Assembly (NCBI GenBank): GCA_902520595.1
Contig: CABYOM010000003.1
Span: 1 to 62,569, forward strand
Origin: an uncultured Candidatus Poseidoniales archaeon
GTDB taxonomy: Archaea > Thermoplasmatota > Poseidoniia > Poseidoniales > Poseidoniaceae
Reading direction: 5' to 3'
Length of the DNA stretch: 62,569 nucleotides
Numbering within the stretch: the first letter of the stretch is position 1; every line of letters starts with the position of its first letter. Position numbers and translations under genes: made by a program. This document shows positions 55,834-62,569 of the stretch, piece by piece. The notes under the pieces are model-generated. The model did no database searches. It saw only the letters and a list, made by a program, of their open reading frames with translations, and was not told where the DNA came from.

Positions 55834-56975
55834 CCCATTTGGACTGCATTCTGCCATGTAGTGAGCCAACTTTCCATGTTCTGCTCAATCATTTCCTGAG
55901 TGATCGCATTACTGACGATGGCTTGGTCAGCATGGTAGCGATACCCGTTAGTTTCCGGTAAATCAGTTCCATCTAAAACCGAATACATGGAGTTGTAATC
56001 TGGCATGTTGACATTGACTTCCATTGATGTTATAAATTCAATAAATTGGTTCGCAGCATCTACCTCAGCCGCACCGTTGATGATGCCAGTGTATTCCACT
56101 TGGTGGAATGAAGCCCGTGGCAGTACCAGCGAGGTTGAGTGCGTGTAATTCTCAGCGTAATATGCTTCGACTCCTGGCGAGTGACAGTAGGATACTGTAA
56201 GGTATGCGCCACCAATGTGCCCCTCCATATATTCTCCATATCCACCTGTGTAATAGGTGACGTAGGATTCGCTCCAGCCTGATGTAAAGATTGCCCCATT
56301 CTGGACTATTGCCGTCCACCAGCTGGCCATGTCGCCGCTTTGATTTCCAGGCGAATGTCCAAAGTAATCAACCGTCGCTGCCAAAAAGGCTCGACCTGGT
56401 GAAGAAGTCATTGGTGATGGGAACGTCATTTTCCCATTCCACTCAGGTTCCGTAAGGTTCCAAAGGCTCGTTGGAACAGACATGTTGTCTGCTGCAAGGG
56501 CGTCTTCATCATAGTTGAGACAGACATCACCTTCATCAAAAGGAACAGCCAAAGGTCCTTGGTAGAACTCGAGTGATGACTGTGTAAAAGATTCATCAGA
56601 TACATTGTGGGACATAAGGAGGCAATTTTGAATCGCTGTTGGCAAATATGTATTGTCCAATCCAATCATCAAATCCGCTTGAGGTGCGGCTTTGGTAAGC
56701 ATCATTTGGTCGAGAATTCCACCTGCATCATCGGTTTTGATGAACTCGACTTCAGTGCCGGTTTGGTTGACAAATTGTGCGATAAGTTCATCTGAAAAGC
56801 CTGCAATATCGTAGGTCAGGATTTTGAGTGTCCCGTCACTCTCTCGAACTTGAACGCCAGCCATGCAAGGATCATCCGATTCAATTGCTTCAATTACCTC
56901 ATCTGTCAAACAGCCACTGAGAGAGAAGGTCAGAAGCAGCAGTGTGATTATTCCAGCTTTGCGAATGGAATTCAT
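55830..56975 (-). CDS. thiB: thiamine-binding-type ABC substrate-binding lipoprotein (TbpA/ThiB-like)
   Basis: Lipobox LSGC. LKILTYD...FVNQTGTEVEFIKTDDAGGILDQ...ADLMIGLDNTYL follows the TbpA pattern. Confidence 0.65.
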   Translation of the reverse strand: MNSIRKAGIITLLLLTFSLSGCLTDEVIEAIESDDPCMAGVQVRESDGTLKILTYDIAGFSDELIAQFVNQTGTEVEFIKTDDAGGILDQMMLTKAAPQADLMIGLDNTYLPTAIQNCLLMSHNVSDESFTQSSLEFYQGPLAVPFDEGDVCLNYDEDALAADNMSVPTSLWNLTEPEWNGKMTFPSPMTSSPGRAFLAATVDYFGHSPGNQSGDMASWWTAIVQNGAIFTSGWSESYVTYYTGGYGEYMEGHIGGAYLTVSYCHSPGVEAYYAENYTHSTSLVLPRASFHQVEYTGIINGAAEVDAANQFIEFITSMEVNVNMPDYNSMYSVLDGTDLPETNGYRYHADQAIVSNAITQEMIEQNMESWLTTWQNAVQMG

Positions 56976-57835
56976 TCACTCACCCCCATTGCAGAAAGCA
57001 GTTGATGTGTCCGGTCAATGAGATCGAGTGGATTGTGTGCTAGGACATACAGTGTGGGTTCCCAGCCAAAATCGCCCTCGTCCAGTAAGACGTCTATCCG
57101 AGAATCTTGCGAATCAACTTTGCCTTTTGGAGCAAGTGAAAAACTGTAACCAAGTTGTTTGCACACTTTCTCAACATGCTGTGTGTTAACGGCAGATTCG
57201 CTCAAAGGTGGGCGAATGTTGAGAATTGATACCTTTGCCGAATCAATTTGATGCGAGTCAATGAGAACGGATGCGAGGTGGTTTGATGAACCAAAACTCG
57301 GTGTTTCGTGATGGCGCAATTCCCCTCCAACAAGAGTAATTTTTCCAGGGAATGCTGCAACCTCTTCAGGTGATTTAGCGCCTTTACTGCATGAAGCAAT
57401 GTTCAGCCCAACAGCTGGTATCGAATGTTCGATCCGTCGGACATCTAACCGACCAGCAGCCCATTCGAGACGTCGCAAAAGGGCTCGCTGTTCTTGACCC
57501 TCTTCTAAATCTAAACCGGTTAATGTTTTATCGTAGCGAATGGTATTGTTACCGGTGAATTGGAATTCTACAACTAAACGCTGTCGAACAACATGAGCCT
57601 CAGGGCCCATGGAGTTGAGAGCGAGCGAAAGTTCATGACTCCAGCCGTCGATTGTTGCCTCGTCGGCACTGGAATTCAGCGATACGGGCGGCTTCTGCAT
57701 CTGACGTGAAATTGTACTTTGAGTTGAGCCGAGTGTTTCAGCAATTTCAGTTTGTGACCATCCTTTCGTCCGCAAATCTTTGGCTACATTTTGGTGCAAA
57801 CGGCTTACCCATTTGTCTCCGACTTCTCCGAGCAT
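56972..57835 (-). CDS. thiR: ThiR-type regulator: N-terminal HTH plus C-terminal ThiN domain
   Basis: HTH GWSQTEIAETLGSTQSTISR. The ThiN-like segment is IPAVGLNIASC...EEVAAFPGKITLVGG. ATGA overlap with thiB. Confidence 0.6.
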   Translation of the reverse strand: MLGEVGDKWVSRLHQNVAKDLRTKGWSQTEIAETLGSTQSTISRQMQKPPVSLNSSADEATIDGWSHELSLALNSMGPEAHVVRQRLVVEFQFTGNNTIRYDKTLTGLDLEEGQEQRALLRRLEWAAGRLDVRRIEHSIPAVGLNIASCSKGAKSPEEVAAFPGKITLVGGELRHHETPSFGSSNHLASVLIDSHQIDSAKVSILNIRPPLSESAVNTQHVEKVCKQLGYSFSLAPKGKVDSQDSRIDVLLDEGDFGWEPTLYVLAHNPLDLIDRTHQLLSAMGVSE

Positions 57836-57880
57836 GAAGTTTGCTTAAGCACTTACCTATTCAATGTTACTCGGGAGTTA

Positions 57881-57896
57881 TGCACTGTGCATTGAT
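57881..57896. promoter_or_regulatory. candidate operator: palindrome TGCAC-T-GTGCA overlapping a TGCATTGAT 9-mer, next to a TATA-like AAAATATC (minus strand)
   Basis: The palindrome lies at 57881-57891, 46-56 nt upstream of the thiR ATG. The same 9-mer recurs at 58148-58156 upstream of the decarboxylase gene. Confidence 0.3.
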
Positions 57897-58188
57897 ATTT
57901 TGCCATACTTTAGAACATTCCAAACGATAAATTCCAGAATTGAATTATTTTTGGCTGATGACGGACATTTTTTCCAGTTTGAAAGATTTCTTGCATCAAA
58001 AATTATTTTTTCATCCGTGATTTTCTTTTTACAGCTTAAAATTGCTTGACGTAGCCATTTAATTGTTTTGCATTATTTATTATTCATTTCACATATCGGG
58101 TTTTCAAAGAACTAATTTTCTACTGTTTTTTTACAAATTCAACCCTTTGCATTGATGAACACTAAGAACCCCCCCTGTCTCGCTAATA

Positions 58189-59631
58189 ATGAGTCGTATG
58201 GATTTGGAGGTGTTCATCGGCGAGGTTGCAGACCGAATTGTTGCCTATCTCAATGCAGCAGACAAGCCAGGCAGGGTTGCTGAACCTATGCCATATTCTA
58301 CCCTTTCAAAGATTACCGATCTCAAAATTCCTCTTGAAGGCCACGGTATGGACGCAGTGCTTGACGATATGGATACATATTTACGCTCGTGTGTGAAAAC
58401 GAATCGTCCTGAATTTATGAATCCGCTTTGGGGTGGTGTGAGTACGGTCGGTCTTGCAGGTGAGATTATTGCGTCACTGACCAACACCTCGATGTATACC
58501 TATGAGTTAGCTCCACTTGCGACGCTCATCGAACATACGATCCTCAAGCGAATGGGTGAAATTGTAGGTTTTGAAGACGGGGCTGGCACGCTCACTACTG
58601 GTGGCTCTAATGGCAACATGTTAGGCATGTTGTGCGCTCGACAGGCTATGAACCCATCATCAACCCAAAGTGGATTTGATGGGCGGACAATGGTCGCTTA
58701 TGTGTCAAGTGAGGCTCACTATTCAGTCTTAATGTCTGCTAATGTCATCGGAATTGGCCATCAAAATGTCGTCAAAGTTGCCTGCGACGAGGGTGGTTGC
58801 ATGCGCCCTTCAGCGCTCCAAGAAGAAATCGAACGAACGAGAAGAGATGGAGGGGTCCCGTTTTGTGTGGTTTCCACTGCTGGCTCTACGGTAAGAGGCG
58901 CTTTTGATCCGCTCAAGGATATCGGAGATATTGCGCACGCCAATGGATTGTGGCACCACGTTGATGCTGCGTGGGGCGGATCTGCCATGTTTTCCTCCAA
59001 GTTCCGTCCTCTTATGGACGGGGTCGAATTTGCTGACAGTGTATGTTGGGATGCTCACAAGATGATGGGTCTACCATTAATCTGCAGCGCTTTTTTGGTT
59101 AAAGATTCAGAACTTCTCGGACGGTTGTGTGCTCATGGTGAAGTTGCACACTATCTTTTTCATGAAGAATCGAAAAACGTTGACTCTGGTAGGTATTCTC
59201 TTCAATGTGGTCGCCGCAACGACGCTCTCAAACTTTGGCTGGCATGGCGAGAATGTGGAGATGCAGGTTGGGCGAAATTGGTTGAGCGATACATGGAACT
59301 TGGAGATTATTTAGAATCAAAGGTTCAAGAGCATGAATCTCTTCAGATGATGTCTTCTCGAATGTGGACAAACGTTTGCTTTCGATTTTCTCCTAAGGGA
59401 TATGAAGGGAATTTGAATGAACTCAATTCGGAAATTCGTAGTCGTATGATGCAAAATGGAAATTTCATGGTGAGCAGGTCAAATATCGGTGAAGATGTCG
59501 TCATCCGTTCCGTGATTACCAATCCAAAAATCACCGAACAAACTCTCGATAACTTCCTCTCAGAAATTACACGAATTTACGAGGAAGTAGTCCGTGGCAT
59601 GCCAAGTGAACATCCGTATCCATCTTCATAA
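58189..59631 (+). CDS. group II PLP-dependent decarboxylase (GAD/CSAD/DABA-decarboxylase-like)
   Basis: HVDAAWGG and PLP-lysine context SVCWDAHKMMGLPLICSAFLV, very close to the GAD/CSAD pattern SxxWNPHKMMGxPLQCS. Confidence 0.85.
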   Translation: MSRMDLEVFIGEVADRIVAYLNAADKPGRVAEPMPYSTLSKITDLKIPLEGHGMDAVLDDMDTYLRSCVKTNRPEFMNPLWGGVSTVGLAGEIIASLTNTSMYTYELAPLATLIEHTILKRMGEIVGFEDGAGTLTTGGSNGNMLGMLCARQAMNPSSTQSGFDGRTMVAYVSSEAHYSVLMSANVIGIGHQNVVKVACDEGGCMRPSALQEEIERTRRDGGVPFCVVSTAGSTVRGAFDPLKDIGDIAHANGLWHHVDAAWGGSAMFSSKFRPLMDGVEFADSVCWDAHKMMGLPLICSAFLVKDSELLGRLCAHGEVAHYLFHEESKNVDSGRYSLQCGRRNDALKLWLAWRECGDAGWAKLVERYMELGDYLESKVQEHESLQMMSSRMWTNVCFRFSPKGYEGNLNELNSEIRSRMMQNGNFMVSRSNIGEDVVIRSVITNPKITEQTLDNFLSEITRIYEEVVRGMPSEHPYPSS

Positions 59632-59645
59632 TTGTTGGATTCAAA

Positions 59646-59677
59646 AACGACCTTTTTTGAACTACGGTCGTTATTTT
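59646..59677 (+). terminator. candidate hairpin plus T-tract terminator
   Basis: AACGACC (59646-59652) pairs with GGTCGTT (59666-59672), followed by ATTTT. It lies between the decarboxylase stop and the next start. Confidence 0.3.
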
Positions 59678-59682
59678 GATTC

Positions 59683-61326
59683 ATGGAGGAAGTCAAATCG
59701 AACCTTTCTCCATGGAAGCGCTTGATTGAAAGCCCAACCCTTTTCCCATTGCTGTTTTTTTCTGGTCTGTTCCTTTCTGTAATCGAACCTACAGTTCTCT
59801 ACCTCTCGGGTAACAATGTCAGCGATTCGATTTGGCCTCATGCCTATCGCACATTACTCTGGACAATGGATCTTCGAGAGAACCTCTTCTTGCTCACTCT
59901 CTTCATGAGTATCCTTCTCTTTCTCACTTTTTTGGTATTACAGCGCCAACTCAAAGGTCATGAAAATCCTCGTTGGGCGAATGCTTTGGGAACATTATTT
60001 CTTGGATTACTAGTCGGTTTTATCACTCTGTTCTTCACTTTAGATATCTACTATCTTCGTGGCGCATTTCTCCTTCTCCCAACCCTCTACGGATTTCTTT
60101 TACTGTCAATCCTACTTATAATCGGAGGTTTTCCGCATGTTCCTAAAAACAGCCAGCCTCTCGAAATAAGTAAACACGTGTTGCATATTGCAGGTGTATT
60201 CTTTGCAGCATGGCTGGTTATGCCAGGAATTCCTGCACTGGTCGGAATTGCTCCTTCACCACCTTTGCCGCCCGCTATAGGGTACGGAGCAGACCCTGGC
60301 CCATTCACCACTTCGATGTCTGTTCACCCTTACTCGATGCCTCAAGAAGTCGAACAGATTCGTGAAGAATCTGAAGGTGATATTGATTTCTCTGTTTACT
60401 TAACACTCCCGCATTTACCCAAAGACATTCCTCCACTCTCAATTCCGCTGGCCGTTCTTTCACACGGCTGGGGATACCCAACTTATGAGGAATACACGGA
60501 CTGGATAGCACACCTTTCGGCTAAAGGAATGGCAGTTGCTTTCGTCCAATATCCGTCTGATATAGCACCTGATATTGAAGACGATTTTGAAGCAATTGAT
60601 GAATACGGTGCATCAAATTGGCCTCATCACGTTTACAGAGCACAAGCATTTGCGGCTGCTTTTGATGAAATTGAAGCGATAGGTTTCGGTGAATCTAGGT
60701 CTGATTTTGTCGACTCAGTTCTCGGAAATCACACTATTAATCCGTCTCATCTATGGCTTGGAGGGCACAGTTTAGGAGGTGCATATGTCTTCCTGGGACT
60801 GTATGAGTCATTAGAGCGAGGATGGGGTAATGAAACAGTATTCTTAGATTTTGAATCGCCGTGGACTCGTCCAAGCCAGGTTGAATTACAGCCAAACATG
60901 TCCAGACTACCTGATGCGACGATGGTTCACATTGCCCAAGGGATTGATGATATGTCTGTAGATCCATGTTACAGCGTTCACCATCAAGCAATGTTTTCGA
61001 TGCTCCCACAAGAGCATGTATTGTTTATCGAAATACAAAGTGACCTCTATGGTTTTCCCCGTCTGGTTGGCTCACATTACCTTCCTACGGATTCAGTACA
61101 TGACACACTTGCTGATTGGGGAGTGTATCGAAGAATAGATGCTCAAGCAGATTGGGTTGTTGCCCGAAGTCGAGGTGACGTATTTACCGAATCATGGGCT
61201 TATGAGCATTTGATTTCTTCGCCACTTCTTACCAACATGGGTCAATGGTCAGACGGTGCTGATGTTCTTCCTTTACTCATCCACCATGAGGCACTCACTC
61301 GAACCGAGAAATTCTCTCACTGCTGA
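59683..61326 (+). CDS. membrane-anchored alpha/beta hydrolase (about 6 N-terminal TM helices plus a dienelactone-hydrolase/chlorophyllase-like domain)
   Basis: The N-terminal 200 aa are polytopic. The nucleophile elbow GGHSLGG lies in the C-terminal domain. Confidence 0.55.
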   Translation: MEEVKSNLSPWKRLIESPTLFPLLFFSGLFLSVIEPTVLYLSGNNVSDSIWPHAYRTLLWTMDLRENLFLLTLFMSILLFLTFLVLQRQLKGHENPRWANALGTLFLGLLVGFITLFFTLDIYYLRGAFLLLPTLYGFLLLSILLIIGGFPHVPKNSQPLEISKHVLHIAGVFFAAWLVMPGIPALVGIAPSPPLPPAIGYGADPGPFTTSMSVHPYSMPQEVEQIREESEGDIDFSVYLTLPHLPKDIPPLSIPLAVLSHGWGYPTYEEYTDWIAHLSAKGMAVAFVQYPSDIAPDIEDDFEAIDEYGASNWPHHVYRAQAFAAAFDEIEAIGFGESRSDFVDSVLGNHTINPSHLWLGGHSLGGAYVFLGLYESLERGWGNETVFLDFESPWTRPSQVELQPNMSRLPDATMVHIAQGIDDMSVDPCYSVHHQAMFSMLPQEHVLFIEIQSDLYGFPRLVGSHYLPTDSVHDTLADWGVYRRIDAQADWVVARSRGDVFTESWAYEHLISSPLLTNMGQWSDGADVLPLLIHHEALTRTEKFSHC

Positions 61327-61383
61327 GTAGAAGGCATGGAGTGCGTTGCTTGAGTTTAAGGTGCGGTCCTTCATCCCCCGTAT

Positions 61384-62502
61384 ATGAGCGATGGAGCACC
61401 GGTCCGAACAGCATTGTATGATGAGCATGTAGCATTGGATGCGAACATTGTAGACTTTCACGGTTTCGAATTGCCAATTTGGTATTCGAATATCAAGGCT
61501 GAGCATTTAGCAACACGCTCAAGTGCAGGCCTTTTCGATGTATCTCACATGGGTTCATTTCGATTCACAGGCGTGAATGTAAAAACGTGGCTTGAATCAA
61601 TTGCAACACAAAAAGTCACCTCAATAGCAGCCCCAAGATGTGCGTACACACACTTCCTTGACGATAATGGTCATCTTATTGACGACATGATTTTCGCCGT
61701 TGTTTCCGATGAAGAGATTCTTGGCGTGCCCAATGCCTCGATGATTCAAGTGATGTGGGACTGGTTTTCATCACACCTTCCCGATGACGGTTCTGTAGTT
61801 CTGGAAAATCTTTCTGATGAAACTTCTATCATGGCTCTTCAAGGTCCAAATGCGAAATCAATTCTGACTTCCGTATTGGGTGAATCGAATCATGTGGGCC
61901 GCTTCAAGTGGCAAATTATCGGTCAAAACGATCTTGCAATAGATGGTTGGATACAAGGAACAGGATATACTGGTGAAGCCGGATATGAGATTTTTGTACC
62001 AAATTCCCAAGCCCCCCTTCTTTGGCGAAGTCTCATTCAAGCAGGATCAGTCCCCATCGGACTTGGTGCTCGAGATACACTCCGATTGGAAAAGGGGTTC
62101 CTTCTTTCAGGTGTAGACTTCTGTTGGCCGCCACTTTCTGAAGTTGAAGATAGCGCCTTTTTAGCTCGTGATTCATGGGAAACCAATGTCCCCTTTGGAC
62201 TCGACCTAGAGCATGAATTTATTGGCAAGCATCGCGTTACAGGTCACGCTGAAAATGATGCTCGTTGGTGGGGTATTCGTTATGTCGAGAAAGGACCATT
62301 ACCCCGTCCAGGCAAGGATGTGACGTCGCTTGATGGTTCCCCTCTTGGAACGTTAACTTCTGGCGCTCCAGCTCCCAGCCTTGAAAACATAGGAATCGGC
62401 ATTGGGTATTTGCAGAATGTTTCTGAGGGCGATGAAGTTCTCGTCGTTGCAAGTCCGCGAAAATCTGTGAAGGCAGTAGTTGTTCGTCCACCTTTCGTTT
62501 AA
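61384..62502 (+). CDS. gcvT: glycine cleavage system aminomethyltransferase (T protein)
   Basis: Motifs LYDEH, AGLFDVSHMG, GYTGEAGYEIF and ARDTLRLE. Confidence 0.9.
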   Translation: MSDGAPVRTALYDEHVALDANIVDFHGFELPIWYSNIKAEHLATRSSAGLFDVSHMGSFRFTGVNVKTWLESIATQKVTSIAAPRCAYTHFLDDNGHLIDDMIFAVVSDEEILGVPNASMIQVMWDWFSSHLPDDGSVVLENLSDETSIMALQGPNAKSILTSVLGESNHVGRFKWQIIGQNDLAIDGWIQGTGYTGEAGYEIFVPNSQAPLLWRSLIQAGSVPIGLGARDTLRLEKGFLLSGVDFCWPPLSEVEDSAFLARDSWETNVPFGLDLEHEFIGKHRVTGHAENDARWWGIRYVEKGPLPRPGKDVTSLDGSPLGTLTSGAPAPSLENIGIGIGYLQNVSEGDEVLVVASPRKSVKAVVVRPPFV

Positions 62503-62569
62503 TCAGAGATGAACGGCGTTATCGCCTGAGTAAAACGCTTCCTCTCGCGTTCGGATGTTGAATTCAGTT

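Noticed and set aside
57836-57960. TPP riboswitch upstream of the thiamine transporter operon.
   Set aside because: I could not find the conserved CUGAGA / ACCUGAUCUGGAUAAUGCCAGC core elements on the relevant strand. The presence of a ThiR-type regulator offers the alternative mechanism.
57864-58049. 61-aa ORF in the AT-rich spacer.
   Set aside because: It has F/I/L-rich composition, as expected from translating AT-rich DNA. There is no SD and no motif, so it is more likely regulatory DNA.
57836-58188. Possible replication origin (AT-rich, with TTCCAG cores faintly resembling archaeal ORB GTTCCAGTGGAAAC).
   Set aside because: Only partial 6-7-nt matches are present. There are no inverted ORB pairs and no orc1/cdc6 gene nearby. 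Divergent promoter DNA explains the AT-richness.
1-62569. CRISPR arrays, IS elements, rRNA genes.
   Set aside because: I noticed no regularly spaced direct repeats, no transposase- or integrase-like ORFs and no rRNA-like sequence. The only repeats are short in-frame coding repeats.

Overview
This is a very gene-dense chromosomal segment with about 64 CDS and 2 tRNAs. I saw no rRNA, CRISPR array, transposase or integrase. All family calls rest on motif recognition by eye, since no searches were run.

The gene content reads as a marine euryarchaeon, plausibly Thermoplasmatota / Marine Group II-like (inference). Archaeal-type markers are:
- PheRS alpha
- archaeosine tRNA-guanine transglycosylase
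- CTP-type riboflavin kinase
- NMN adenylyltransferase
- DRG GTPase
- a ThiR-type regulator

These sit next to many bacterial-looking genes: a complete sufCBDSE operon plus DUF59, grpE, a DEAD-box helicase, tatC, a CcdA fusion, and four LSGC/FAGC lipobox lipoproteins.

Genes are tightly packed. There are many ATGA/TGATG stop-start overlaps, Shine-Dalgarno-like GGAGGTGA tracts before starts, and eight convergent pairs with zero gap or overlap. The longest non-coding gap is 353 bp (57836-58188).

The most interesting region is 15705-20205 on the minus strand, a translationally coupled triad:
- a DUF835-like protein with a very long disordered tail
- a DnaA/Hda-like AAA+ protein with a degenerate Walker A and no arginine finger
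- a YkgJ-type Cys-cluster protein

Other leads:
- a five-gene coupled double ABC-2 operon ending in a Trp-rich AttH/CrtC-like protein
- an ArcTGT that has lost its zinc ligands
- an apparently circularly permuted GDPD next to a PAP2_C-like membrane enzyme
- a thiR-thiBPQ unit facing an AT-rich spacer that contains a palindrome
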